A DNA stretch of 63,119 nucleotides, filler included, from Octopus bimaculoides (Eukaryota), in the NCBI RefSeq assembly GCF_001194135.2. It is 3 parts of 2 records of this genome, joined end to end, with 100 filler letters (N's around TTAATTAATTAA, not from the genome) between each part and the next. Parts side by side here need not be neighbours in the genome. Positions count along the whole stretch, not along the records: positions 1 to 12,418 come from NC_068992.1; positions 12,519 to 33,924 come from NC_068999.1; 1 more part is not named here. One strand, 5' to 3'. Under the pieces are notes generated by a model. It was not told the origin of the DNA. It did not search any database and was given only the letters and a program-made list of their open reading frames with translations. Position numbers and translations under genes: made by a program. Shown one piece after another: positions 1-13,072 of this stretch; position 1 is the stretch's first letter, and every line of letters starts with the position of its first letter.

Positions 1-34
<34 letters not shown>

Positions 35-35
<1 letters not shown>

Positions 36-260
36 GTAAAAATATGTGACACTTATTCAGTAGCCATGATAAAACTCCGAGTTTCGGATGCCAGGGTGGG
101 AGCCCACGCCAACATCTCTTCAGTTATCCGGCCAATTGAAAATTACTGTGTAGTGACAAGGTGAAAAGCTTATACATAGACACAATATAGAAACCTATCA
201 GTACAGTCCCATCAACAGGTCCTATCAGTACAAATATTAAAAAATATATAAGAAATGAAA
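35..260 (-). mobile_element. Solo Penelope-type pseudo-LTR fragment, same family as 13485-13570
   Basis: 45-128 aligns with 13485-13568 (atatgtgaca..ttattcagt..ataaaactc.gagtttc.gatg...catctc.tcagttat). It carries an HHR. The right edge is uncertain. Confidence 0.6.
68..128 (-). ncRNA. Type I hammerhead ribozyme motif
   Basis: Minus strand reads GATAA-CTGAAGA-gatgttgg..ctggcatc-c-GAAAC-TCGGA-GTT^TTATC. The core is complete, stem I is GATAA/TTATC and stem II has G-U pairs. Confidence 0.7.
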
Positions 261-328
261 GTAATAATTATATATATATATATATATATATACATATACG
301 TATTTATATGTATGTTTATATGTACATA

Positions 329-1588
329 CTGGAGTTGGACAAAATAATGGAAACACCTAGTATCATAAGTTTGAAATATGTATAAAACCATCAAAAGCTT
401 GTTTATTTTTATGTTTTTTGATTTATTATTAGTATTGCTTAACATGTTTTGTTAAAATTGCTGTTTCTTTTCAGATATCATCAGAAAAAGGTAATTAAAA
501 TGACAGATCTATCGGACTTTCAAAGAGGTCAAATTGTTGGTGCTCATATGGCGGGTGCTAGTGTAACAAAAATAGCCGAAATGTTTGGTCTGTCAAGAAG
601 TACTGTCTCAAAAGTAATATCAGCCTCTGAGAAAGTGGGAAAAACCTCCTCATCGAAACAAAACTCCAGAAGAAAACCAAAACATTCAGATAGGGATCGT
701 TGGACTGTTACACGTATTGTTAGAAAGGATCACAAACTACAGCTCCCAAAATTACTGCAGAGCTTAATGACCACTTCGAGAACCCAGTTTCCACAAAAAC
801 TATTCACTGGGAGCTGCACAAAGCCGGATTTCATGAGAGGACTGCAATCAGAAAACTACTACTTTCAAAAACAAACATTGCAATGTGTTTAGAGTGGGGT
901 AAAAACCTACAGAATTGGTCTCTTGAGCAGTGGATGAATGTTATTTTCTTGTACAGGTCATTCTTTACGTTATTTCTAACCACCAGCTGAGCATACATAT
1001 TGAGGCAGCCTAAAGAAGCATTTGACCCAGTCTACCTTCTTCCAACTGTTAAACATGGTGGAGGATCTGTGATGATCTGGTGGGGGAGGGCTATATCTTG
1101 GAAATCTGCTGGCCCAATGGCTTCCTTTCAAGGCAGAATTAATAGTCAAGACTATTTAAGCATTTTATCTGATCAAATTCATCCTATGGTTTCAGAACTG
1201 TTTCCAGAGGGAAACACAATTTTTCAGGATGATAATGCACTAATTCACTCAGCTAAAGTTGTTACCGAATGGCATCAGGAACATTCTAGTGACGTTGAAC
1301 ATCGTATCTGGTCACCACAGTCCCCAGATCTCAATATTATTGAATATTTATGGTGCATTTTAGATAAACAAGTAAGAAGTCAATATCCTCCACAATCATC
1401 ACTACAAGAACTGGAGACTGTTTTAGCTGAAGAATGGACAAAAATTCCTTTGGAAACAATTCAAAATTTGTACAAGTCCATACCTCATAGAATTCAAGCT
1501 CTAATTACTACCAAAAGCAGTCCTACCTAATATTAAAATAAATTTGTTTGAAATTTTAAGGTATTTCTATTATTTTTCCCAACACCTG
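329..1588 (+). mobile_element. Tc1-family (DD34E-type) DNA transposon, full length, inactive
   Basis: About 30-bp imperfect TIRs (ctggagttggacaaaataatggaaacacct / aggtatttctattatttttcccaacacctg) with TA on both flanks, and transposase motifs inside. Confidence 0.92.
500..1530 (+). pseudogene. Frameshifted Tc1 transposase
   Basis: Paired-like HTH (MTDLSDFQRGQIVG..), TVKHGGGSVMIW, FQDDNALIH and WSPQSPDLNIIEYLW, split over several frames. Confidence 0.9.
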
Positions 1589-1730
1589 TATATGTGTTTA
1601 GATCCCAGCACATATTCCACCTTGAGTGTCTTCTGCTATAACCTTGGGCCAACCAAAGCTTTGTGAGTGGATGGTGTAGATGGAAACATAAAAAGAAAAT
1701 TGGTGTGTATGTGTGTGTGTGTGTGTGTGT

Positions 1731-1777
<47 letters not shown>

Positions 1778-2167
1778 GTGTCTCCTAGCCTCAACATGAT
1801 GTGATAGTCATATAAGAATGTTACCATTATGAAAGCAGTATCCTTCATTCCAAATCTTACCTGGAAACATTTATGGGTTGTTAACAGGAAGAGCATCTGA
1901 CTCTAAAAATTTGCCTTAACAAAATTCTGCCTGAGTCATATAAGCATTAAATCCAAAGAGTTTTTTTAAGAGTAGATAGATATGCTTATTGTCTGAATGA
2001 GTGCAAAACTTAGAAAGGAATGAAGTAAGCAGGCTCTGTTAGATGTGTGATGTTAGCTGGAGCACATGTGGGTAGCGAGTGAAAAAAACAAGTGTAAGAG
2101 GAATCAGTTGTAAAAGAACTTAGTAAGAACATATGATGGGAATGAAATCTAATATTTGGTCGGAGAG

Positions 2168-2376
2168 AAGGTGGTGAGCGGGAAAACCATTACACATGGG
2201 TTAAATGCTTAGCGACAGTTTGTACATCTTTACATTCTGAGTTCAAGTTCTGCCAGGGTTGACTTTGCCTTTTGTTCTTTTGAGGTTGATAAAATAAACA
2301 TCAGTCGAGCACTGGGGTCTGTGTAATCAACCTACCTGCTCCTCCAAATTACTGACCTTGTGCCAACATTTGAAAC
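2168..2376 (+). mobile_element. tRNA-derived SINE, family B (CpG-decayed copy)
   Basis: Similar to copies at 7164, 7394, 28078, 50765(-) and 60152: aaatgcttagc..ttctgagttcaa..actttgcc..tgtgccaa..tttgaaac. Confidence 0.8.
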
Positions 2377-2751
2377 TAGTATTTGGTTGGAGAACTGTGA
2401 AACAGTCCAAGTGGTGGTGGGGCCCTGCTGGATGAGTGACCAGGGAAAATATAGGAAGATGTTGTAAGGGCTGTTCTCATGATGCTGATCTCTCAAAATT
2501 GCTGAGAGACCACAACAAATCCAATGCATGCAAGTTAGGGAAAAACAGTTGAGAAAACAATTGTAAAATGATGAGGCTGATGGCAACAGTGGCAATGATG
2601 ATGATGATGATGATGATGATGATAAGAAGGATGAGGAGGAGGACAATAACAATGAGAATGTTGCTAATGTTGAGGATTACATTTTTTTTATAAAATCAAT
2701 TTAAAGTTCTTTGACATAATTGCAAAGATAAGAAGTAGGATAAATTTTTAG

Positions 2752-2846
2752 AACTACTTTATAAAGATGGAAGAATACTCAAATCTTCTTTTAATATATG
2801 TCTGCTTACAACTGAATCAAAGATAAAACTTGATGTTTTTCTTACC
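2752..2846 (+). CDS. Candidate internal coding exon of an unidentified gene: (E)LLYKDGRILKSSFNICLLTTESKIKLDVFLT
   Basis: tttttag acceptor (alternative at 2738), open frame in AT-rich DNA and a gtaatt donor at 2847. It ends in phase 0, compatible with the exon at 8418. Confidence 0.45.
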
Positions 2847-3149
2847 GTAATTTAGATAACTGATGAAAAATAATTTTCAGTAGTGTCATTAAGTGTGAGC
2901 TTGTATCTTGGCAAGCATTTTTTTAAATGTAAAACTCTGGTCCATAGAAAACATCAATAGTTTCTATGAGTTTGAATGCAAAATGAGTGGGAAGAGGCAT
3001 GAAAGAAGGTAAGTAGAACATTGATATCATAATTAATTAACAGCCTGGAAACACTTGGTAGATAAATATTGTGACATGCTTTACATGTAACATTAACTGA
3101 GATGGATGCACCTTTTCAGAGCTGGAGACAATATTTTGTCTAAAAATAT

Positions 3150-3555
3150 ATGTGGCTGTGTGGTAATAAGCTTGTTTTCTTACCACATGGTTCTGGGTTC
3201 AGTCCCACTACATGGCACCTTGGGCAAGTGTATCCTACTATAACCTCAGATCATCCAAAATCCTTGTGAGTGGATTTCGTAAACAGAAACTAAAAGAAGC
3301 TCATCGTATGTGTGTGTGTGTGTGTGTGTCTGTGTCTGTATTTCCGTGTCTGTGTTTGTCCCTTGTCACTGCTTGACAATTAGTGTTGGCGTGTTTATGT
3401 ACCGATAACTTAGTGGTTCTGCAAAAGTGATTGATAGAATAAGTATCTGCCTTGAAAAAAAAAAAAGTACTGGGATCAATTTATTCAACTAAAAATTCTT
3501 CAAGGTGGTGCCCCAGCATGGCCACTGTTTAATGACTGAAACAAGGAAAAGAAAA
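3150..3555 (+). mobile_element. tRNA-derived SINE, family A (head, central microsatellite, conserved 3' body)
   Basis: gtggctgtgtggtaa..ggttcagtccca..ggcaccttgggcaagtgt..gtggattt..(gt)n..gcttgacaa..ccagcatggcc..tgactgaaacaag. Homologous to 24897, 49785 and 12640(-). Confidence 0.85.
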
Positions 3556-4994
3556 AGGGTAAAAAATTTGAAGTGTGTTAAAACTTGATACTCTAATGTT
3601 TACTAAAATATGTAAATAAAGTACTATCTCCATCATATCTGGACTATGATTTATTGATGGCTAAAAGTTTTCATAATAATGGCTGAATAATACCCTGGAA
3701 ATAGAGATACAATGACTATAAGGAAAGGTTAAGAAACTATTGATCTCAAGCATATGAGTTTAATGATCTTTTATTGAATCTCTCTGAAAGGCAATTTTTA
3801 ACTTGTTTTACTTATCTGAATATCAAATTCTGATCCTAATTCACAATTGAGTAGTTAACAATATAGAAGGTGCTCAACTGTAAAACCAATAACTAAAATA
3901 CCTCAACTATGAAGAAATGGAATAACCAATATAAAGTAGCTTGAAGTAATGAATATTTATTTCAGTCTAAAAAAGAGAAAAGAATTTTAATTTTCCATTG
4001 ATGGGAATTTTACATAACTAAAGCTATTTTGCATGCAAGAAAGGAAGGGAGACAAGCAGAGAAGCCCAAATGAGTTGATAGCTCTTTTATGTTTCACAAA
4101 GTTTATAAAATTGAATTAATCTATCTTGAAATACAGGAAATGACAACATAATAAAATATAAGATATATTCACACTCATTTAAAATTATGTCATATATTTT
4201 TAGACAATTATCCTGATCTGAAATATCCTCTATCCTTAATTACAATATTCTATCACACAAGCATAGACAGAAAATTGATTATGGACACCAGCTGTGTAAA
4301 AGCTCTCTGTTTCTCACAATAAATGATTAACATTTTAATTAACTGAATTTCTTCTGACTTAATTCATTAACATATTAAAGTGGCAGATGTATCCATCTCA
4401 TGCACATCCAACTTAGCATTTTTGTGCCAAGTTAATCTGAGCAAACAATTCCAATCTCATGCAACAGAAATAGACTTAAGGTTTTAAACAAAATATTTAG
4501 AGAGAGAGAGAATAGAAGAGAAAAGGATATGGCCTTCTATGAATTGTTGTTTCTAAAAGAATTTCAAGTAAAATGCAAATATGCACTTTAGCAACATCTT
4601 ATAATCAGATTTCACAATTAAAATTTGACAAAAATTATTCTGTTCATTTATTATCAGTTCAGTTGTATAATATTATATGCTAAACTGTTGATAATCTCTA
4701 ACTTTAAATACTACTATGTGAGAAATAGAGGTTGAAGTGTGTTGGTGTGCGACTTCAAAACAATTAGTCTCGTGGGCTTACTTGAATGAAGTCTAGGATG
4801 TTTATTTGTGTATCTGTAGCACCATTCCAGTTGCAGGAGCAACACTCAGTCATAGGTCTTATCTGAACTTTGTTGCAGGCGAGTTAATGCAGAGGGCTGA
4901 AGTACATATTAATGGTACACATGCGAACACATGTGAGTGACTGCATCACACACACACACACACACACACACGGATGCACATGTGTATATGTACC

Positions 4995-6400
4995 ATCATC
5001 CTGATGGGTACAAAGTGTTCCAGTGCCTGAGGTAACTGTTCAGACCAAGGGTAGTATAGAATGACCAGAAGCATTTATTGCAAGAGACGGCTGATGGAGA
5101 ACAAGGAAGTGTGAGCTGCTCTTTGTGTCTTTGATGTCTGATCCCTGCCTCCTGATGTCTGTTATTTTCCATTTGGTCCATTTCCTCAACGACGACAAGC
5201 CACTACTTTGGGTGGTCCTTGGTGATTGTCTCCCAGGTATTTGGGTTAATGGAGCAGTGGAGATGAGTGACCTTGAACTGGTCTCGGAAACTGAATTTGG
5301 AGGCTCTGCATGGTCTGGTACCTGAGGCCAACCCTGTTAAGAGGACTTGATGGTGTAAGCATGTTTGAGGCATATATATGATGTGTCCCGACCAGCAGAG
5401 GTGGTGTTGTACCATGGTATATTCAGTGCTGGGAAGTCTGGCCTGGAGCAGAACCTCTTCATTGGTAATATAATTCTTCCATTGAAACCTCATGATTGCA
5501 TAAATTTTGTGCTGTTGGAAATATTCAATGTTTTCAAGTCATGTTGACACAACACCTACATCTCACTGCTGTAGAACAGTATGGAACAGATGACACCTCA
5601 GAATAACATTATTTTCATAAGGATGGTGAGGTTGTAGTTTAGGAAGTCATATCTTGAAAGTTTTCCAAAAGCAGTATAGACTGCACTGATCTTATTCTTG
5701 GTGTCTTTATGAATGATGCAATCACTGGACAGGTGGCTTCAGAGGTATTGGAAAGCCTCCATTTTTTCCAGGACAATGCCAAATACCTTTATGTCACTGG
5801 TGTCAAGGAGTGGCTGGGACTCCCTGTGCAAGAATCTTTATCATCATTATGTTTGTGGTCAGACCAAAGTGGGTTCATAGCCTCTTGGAGATTGGAAACT
5901 GAGTGCATGGAATGGCATTGCCATCAGCATACTGCAGGTCACATACTTTGGCCAAGGTGGTAAGTCTACAGGTTCTGAAGTTGGTGATATTGAACAATCG
6001 TCTGTTCATTCTGTAACGGATGGTTAAACCAGGAGCCAGATCAGTGATCTGAGGTAGAAGGAAAATAAGTAGTGGCTTTCTCTGCTCTTGGGCCATTCCT
6101 AGGAAAAGGCAGACACAAAAGACCATGTTGATGGTACCATGGGTGGGGTAGGAAGCTGTACTATGCCTCTAAAAGAATTTCATCAGCAACAACCACTAAT
6201 CTATCTAACAGGATCCTGGCAAAGACCTTTCCAACGATACTGAGTTGGGAGATGCCATGATAGTTTCCACAGATAGCCCAGTCTCCCCTCTTGAAAACTG
6301 TAATGACAGTCATGCATTTACAGCCTCTGCCTTCCACATGTACCAGATAGGCATATACAACATGGTCTTCACAGTTTGTCCACTGTGAGAGAAAATCTCT
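4995..6400 (-). mobile_element. RTE-clade (BovB-like) LINE 3' portion, degenerate
   Basis: RT C-terminal remnants ITNEEVLLQARLPS..LCWSGHI..LASGTRP..WETITKD, with many stops and frameshifts. Confidence 0.8.
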
Positions 6401-7163
6401 TCACATAAAACCTTTGTTTGCTTTGTTAACCTACAAATAAAGTATATATAATGATGATAATGATGATATATATATACATATATACGGAGAGAGAGAGATA
6501 CAGACTGACAGATAGGTAGACAGACAGTCAGATACATAGATAGTTATTGAGGTGATATAGCAACAGTGACAGTGGCTAAGAAGAAAAGCCACAAAAAGAG
6601 CATCCTACATGATACAAATACGTTAGGGTCTCAGTTATGAACTATCGTGAATTACAAGTATTTCAAACATAAATGTATGCATGGCATTGTATCCATTGTA
6701 TCATCATCATCATCATCATTGTTTTAAAGTTGGCTTTTCTGTGCTAATGTTGGTTGGAGAGAATTTTGTTGATGTGGATTTTTTGTTGTCAGACGTTGCT
6801 CCTGTTATCAATCCTCACCAGATTCCAAGGAAGATAATATTTACCCATGACCAAACATGTTTCTATGAAAGATTGGAAACATATAACACTGCTTGCATGA
6901 CAGTGACACATGCTTACAACAATCATATGAAGTCAATGGAAGGAGACAGTAACATTCGCCCACATACATAAATATTTAGCCATACTGAAAAATATTATTC
7001 AGTCAGTTAAACTAGCTCTTTGGCAGCTTGGAATGTAGATTGAATTGAATAGTTTTGTCGCTTTTTAAGAGTTATCAAACATTACTTAGTTCTGCCTTCC
7101 AAGCTGCAAAGAAGCTGGTAGCATAAAAGCTACTTACTAAATTATAAACTGTATCAGTATTAT

Positions 7164-7580
7164 GACAGTGAGCTGATAGAATCATTAGCCGGCTGAGCAA
7201 AATGCTTAGTGGCATTTTGTCCATCTTTGCATTCTGGGTTCAAATTCTGCTGAGGTTGACTTTTCTTTTCAACCTCTCAGGGTCAATAAAATAAGTACCA
7301 GTTGAGTACTGGGGGTCGATGCATTCGACTTACCCCTCCTCCAAAATTGCTGGCCTGGTGCCAAAATTCAAAACCAATATTATGACTGGAGTTAAGGCAG
7401 TGAGCTGGCAGAATCATTAGTGTGCCAATCAAAATATTTAGCAGCATTTCATCCATCTTTGCATTCTGAGTTCAAATTCTTCCAAGGTTGACGTTGTTTT
7501 CCATCCCTTTGCTGTGTGTGTGTGTGGGGGGGGGGGGGTCTTTCCTTGAAATTGTTGGCCTTGTGCCAAAATTTGAAACA
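7164..7580 (+). mobile_element. Tandem pair of family B SINEs (7164-7375 and 7394-7580)
   Basis: Two consecutive copies, each followed by aatattatgactgga. Confidence 0.8.
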
Positions 7581-8124
7581 AAATATTATGACTGGAATTA
7601 ATGCCATGTAGTTAAGAAGTTTGCTTTGCAGCCACCTAGTCTTTGGGTTGGCCCCATTGTGTATTGGTTTGGATAAGTGTTTTTGACAATAACTTCAGGC
7701 TTTATGAGTACACTTAGTAGATGGAAACTGTTAAGAAGCCTATCCTGTGTGTGTGTGTGAGGTTGTAAGAGCCTGTCTTTATGACTGCCTTTATTTTGAC
7801 ACAGTCTGCTGCAAAACAGTGCCTGTGTTTATGTCTTATAACTTTAAAGGGTGACAGAGGTCACCAAAATAAATAATATAAATACAAAACTTTAACTAGA
7901 TTGATATTACGGCTGCAAACCAAGGAATGAAAGTAAAAGAATATGAATATTACTACATGCATATAACTGTATATATGAACCACACTATATACTTACTGTA
8001 AGTATACCATGTATAACACAACAAATCTAACAATGTATGTAGCATTAATATTCCTTACCTTATCTCAATTAAATTTAGGACTAGAAATGCTCAAGCATAC
8101 ATTTATGTCTATTACAGGATCTAT

Positions 8125-8290
8125 ACTGGAGATGCATGGATTAATGTTTAGGGTGTTGCAGACATGATTGTAAGATTGTGGTTTCAATTCCTGGACTGGC
8201 AACACATTGTGGTCTTCAGTAAAACATTTCATTTCATGTTGTCCCAGTCCCCTTAGCTCAAAGATGAATAATCCTTCAACAGACCAGTAT
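8125..8290 (+). mobile_element. tRNA-derived SINE fragment, family D
   Basis: gtttagggtgttgc..gattgtggtttcaattcctggact..aaaacatttcatttca. A related inverted copy lies at about 16930-17105. Confidence 0.55.
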
Positions 8291-8417
8291 TCCATTGAGA
8301 TGGAAATATAAAAGTCACAGAATCCAAGAAACTAGCCTTATAAACTAGTTTCCCAGATCCATGGCTCGGGAATGACCCCTGATCCTTTTGATTCATTTTT
8401 TTGTTTTGTTTTGACAG

Positions 8418-8501
8418 GTTCTTTGGGAATTAGTTTTACTTGACAATGAAAACTGGCAAGCTGATATGTCTTACCAAGAATTTTCATATCACTTGCTATG
8501 A
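8418..8501 (+). CDS. Candidate terminal coding exon of an unidentified gene: VLWELVLLDNENWQADMSYQEFSYHLL*
   Basis: Strong acceptor (tttttttgttttgttttgacag|GTT), 27 codons and then TGA. Phase 0 matches the exon at 2752-2846. Confidence 0.5.
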   Translation, partial: VLWELVLLDNENWQADMSYQEFSYHLL

Positions 8502-11395
8502 TAGATAATTAAGTATTATAGAATGTACATGTATTTTCATGTGTAGACTGTTGTGTGTGAGGGTGCGTACTGAAAGTGAAAAAGGGAAAAAGAAACTAAT
8601 GGGGAATGAGAAGCATAGCTGAAGAGAGAGAGAGAAGGAGAGAAAGAAGAAAAAAGAAAGAGGGAGAGAAGAAGAGAGATAGATAGAGTTAAAGAGAGAG
8701 AGAGAGAGAGAGAGAGAAGGAGATAACAAGATTGCTCTTCAAAGAGGTAGAGGCCCTAACATGTTTAAATATGTTAAGTCACTTAGAAACAGCATACAGT
8801 ACAATATCCAACCCACAGATTAGAGAAATAAATAACTATTTTGTTTGTGTGTTAGCTTTGGTTTTATGCATGTCATAGTTCCATTTTCATTAATTTTATA
8901 TTGGTTAAACATAAGAAAAATATTGAGAAATAATAAGAAATAACTGACTGTTGATCTCTCATATTTGATCTGATAAATATTGTCTGATTTTTAAGAATAA
9001 CATTCTTTAATTTCAATTTCATTTTTGTAACAAGAAAATTTACACTTAAGACAACATATCAGCAAACAACTGATTAGTTGTGTTTATGGTATTTTAACAT
9101 TAAATTATTTCTATTTTCAAGTTTACGATATCTAAACAGAGAGATAGAATATAGGAGATTTTGTCCAGAAACAACATGGCTCTAGTGATGAGAGAAACAT
9201 TTACAGCTGTATTTAATCTGTCAATAAAGATACTAAATATATATGATTAAGAATCAATGCTGAGTAAATGGTTGCAATTGACTCCACGTCTTTCTGCATT
9301 AACTACTTTGCTTCAGTCACTGACTCAAATACAGGAATGAGACAGACAAATATATCTTTTTATATCCTTTTTCTGAAATAGTCTGTTTTAAATGTAACAT
9401 AGATGTATGCTCTCTGGCAATCAATGTTTACAATTTCTTTTAAAAATGCCATCTCTGCTTTCTAATTCTCTCTTTCAGTTTAACTTAGGAGCTGTCAGAT
9501 TATCACCTAAGCCATGACTATTCTTGAGATGCTTCGAAAGTTTGAAATATTTTCGTTATTAGTATTTTCAAATAAGTACATTAATAAGAAAATTACTTTG
9601 GAACTATTTGTATCTCAAGGGAATTAGATATTGGTTTTAATATTAAGAATTGAAAGAAAACTAAGTCATATTTTCTTCTGTTACTTCCCTGTCACCTTCA
9701 TCAGACTTCCATACACCAAAAATATATTTATATCAAGATATTAATCCCTCATCCATTTTTTTAAAAGATTTCATAGGAATACATTTTTATTGCCCTTGAA
9801 GAACTAAAAATGATTCTATTAAAATGAATGTGTACAGTTCTTGTGGGGCCAGGAAATGTATTTAAGTGAATCAATGAATTTCATAGAAATAGCATTTATA
9901 TTCAATGCATGAGGATGAAAAGTAAATTAATAGATATATGTTTGATAGCTATTTCTGACATTATCTATGAAACATAACAAGACGGTAGTAATTTTACAAA
10001 GAGAAAAGAAACATTCTGATAGTAGAAGAGAGAAATATATGTCCAAGTTTACTTGCTGGTTATACCATACACATACATTTATCTGATAATGACTAGAAAT
10101 GCAACAGGTCTGTATTTTTTATATATATTGATAAATAGGAACAGAAGCAGAAAAATAATTATTATAGTTCACCAAAACTCTATTATGATCAGTAATAGCA
10201 TCTTGTCAGTAGTATGTGGGGGAGGGGGCAGAGAAATGAAGATTCATTAGATTATATAATTTTTAGTAATAACATTTTGTCTTTAACCTGAAAGAAATAT
10301 ATTCATTAATATTCATTGATAGAAAAATCTTTTACATTATATTAATTTGCCAAATTCCATGGTTTGAGCATTCTCTTTCTGTTTTTATTTATTCATATCT
10401 TTATCTTATCTATCTATATGTACACACGCACACACACACACACACATGTATGTACACATATATCTATGTGTGTGTGAATGTACATATATATATATATGAG
10501 TGTGTGTGTGTTATATTCTTACCTTACTGTTCTTTGGTCTTAACCATTATGAGACATTTACTAAGTGTTTTAGACAGTATCATTTTAGGTTATCAGATAA
10601 CGAAATTATACCTCACAGAAAAAAATACATCAATTCTTGCATTATCTTTAAAAGATCTGATTTGTCATCAATTACGAAAATTGGTAATATTATCAAATTC
10701 ACTTAAGTGTGACTGAATGCTAGTTGAGTGCAAAAACCTATTCCAGTAATAAGCTATTTTTCTTGTAATACTCTTTCTTAATATGAACAATGAAAACTAA
10801 TAAGTAAGCCAAAATATACGCACAAAACAGTATTTTAGCACATTTAAGAGAAATGTTAGCAATCATCTTTGACTTGATATATATGAACAAAAGAGTACTT
10901 CTATATCAGTGCATCAAATTTTGTAGATTTTATTAACACTTTTTTATTTTTATTTTTGTCCTTAATAATTTTGCTATCTCTGTAATGATTTTCTTGCTCT
11001 ATAGATAATCATGACATTGTAACACCCAGGAAGTATTTCAGGATTACATCTTCATAACGTATCTGCATAGCACATTCATGTACTATGGAAAAATGGCACA
11101 TATTCTGCATATGTTTGCTAAGGTGTCAGACTTCACAATGAAATCTCTCATCATTTCTATGCCATAATCAATATTCTTTTGTGTTCAAAGTCAGTATATT
11201 TTAGCTGCTAAATGCTTCAGTCTGCTGAGATTTTAATAGATACTATAGACTGGAACCCATTCATTGCTGCAAGTATATGTTGCTCTATGTCATTGGCAAG
11301 ATATTGGTAAGCTTCTAGTGGTCAAACCAATTGCTCTTATTTCTGTGAAAGAGAATGGGGGGAAATAGTTTTATAATATTGACTTTCCCTATATA

Positions 11396-12418
11396 GGAAG
11401 GTTAACTAGGAAGTTAGTTTTTGTTTGCAGCGGATGTTCTGGAGCTATAAATACTGGAAATGTGCAGAAAACAACTTCTGCCACATTCCAGGGAGAAAAA
11501 CTAGAAGTGGTTGATAGCTTCCGCTATCTTGGTGACCAAATTAGCAGTGGAGGTGGGTGTGCTGAAAGCGTAGCTGCTAGAATTAGAATAGCCTGGGCAA
11601 AGTTCAGAGAGCTCTTACCTCTGCTGGCGACAAAGGGTCTCTCTCTCAGAGTAAAAGGCAGATTGTATGACGCATGTGTACGAACAGCCATGCTTCATGG
11701 CAGTGAAACATGGGCCGTGACTGCTGAGGACATGCATAGGCTCGCAAGGAATGAAGCCAGTATTCTCCGATGGATGTGTAATGTCAGTGTGCATACTAGA
11801 CAGAGTATCAGTACCTTGACAGAAAAGTTGAACTTACGAAGCATCAGTTGTAGTGTGCAAGAGAGACAACTGCGCTGGTATGGTCATGTAGCGAGAATGG
11901 ATGAGGATAGTTGTGTGAAAATGTGCCACACCTTAAAAGTTGAGGGATCCTGTGGAAGAGGTAGGCCCAGGAAGACCTGGGATGAGGTGGTGAGGCACGA
12001 CCTTCAAACATTGGGCCTCACCGAGGTGATGACTTCTGACCGAGACCTTTGGAAATATACTGTGCGCGAGAAGACCCGGCAAGCCAAGTGAGACCTAAAT
12101 CTAAGGCCCAGCCAGCCCACTTATGCATACCTTACTTCCTTCATTGGACACTAGATTCCACATGTGAAGACCTGTTGAGGCAATCGAAATCGAGTTAAAT
12201 TAAAATTGGATACTAAACCCCACTGCGAAGACCTGTTTGAGGTAAGTGAAATAGAAATAGATTGTTGCCAGTGCCCCCGGACTGGCTCATGTGCGGGCGA
12301 CACATGAAGTCTTTCGAGCGGGATCGTTGCCAGTGCCCCTGGACTGGCTCATGTGCGGGCGACACATGATATCTTTTCATGCGAGATCGCTGCCAGTGCC
12401 CCTGGACTGGCTCTTGTG
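11396..12418 (+). mobile_element. RTE-clade LINE, 5'-truncated, relatively young; 3' UTR runs into a gap
   Basis: Intact 209-aa RT C-terminus (LEVVDSFRYLGD, LYDACVRTAMLHGSETW, LRWYGHVARM, GRGRPRKTW), then a 3' UTR with 62-63 bp tandem units. Confidence 0.92.
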
Positions 12419-12518
12419 NNNNNNNNNNNNNNNNNNNNNNNNNNNNNNNNNNNNNNNNNNNNTTAATTAATTAANNNNNNNNNNNNNNNNNNNNNNNNNN
12501 NNNNNNNNNNNNNNNNNN

Positions 12519-12559
<41 letters not shown>

Positions 12560-12639
12560 ATGTATGTATGTATGTATTTATGTACGTATGTATGTATGTA
12601 TGTATGCATGTATGTATGTATGTATATTCTTTTATTCTT

Positions 12640-13045
12640 TTTTTAATATTGTTTTACTTGTTTTGGTCATTTGACTGCAGCCATGCTGGAACACTGTGTG
12701 GAAGTGTTTTAGTCAAACAAATCAACCCCAGGATTTATTTATCTAAAGCCTGGCACTTATTCTATTTGGCTCTTTTGCCAAACCACTAAGTTACATTGAT
12801 GTAAACACACCAACACTGCCTCTCAAGCTATGGTGGGGGAGGGAGACAAACACAGGTGTGAAGATACACACATAGATATATATACATACATATAAGACTG
12901 TCTTCTTTCAGTTTCTGTCTACCAAATCCACTCACAAGGCTTTGATCAACCCAAGGCTATAGTGGAAGACACTTGCCCAAGGTAATGTGCAGTGGGACTA
13001 AATCAAGAATCATCTGGGAAGCAAGCTTCTTATACAATCATGCCT
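12640..13045 (-). mobile_element. Family A SINE, inverted
   Basis: Reverse complement of the body and head seen at 3150 and 24897. Confidence 0.8.
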
Positions 13046-13072
13046 ATGCCTGCATATATATATATATATATA

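Noticed and set aside
11213-11306. Possible plus-strand exon ending at a gtaagc donor (SAEILIDTIDWNPFIAASICC..)
   Set aside because: No homology, ambiguous acceptor, and it lies after the candidate stop exon at 8501. Unsupported.
12463-12474. TTAATTAATTAA island inside an N gap (also at 33969-33980)
   Set aside because: Both are flanked by exactly 44 Ns on each side (100 bp in total), and the 12-mer has stops in all six frames. This is an assembly spacer, not biology.
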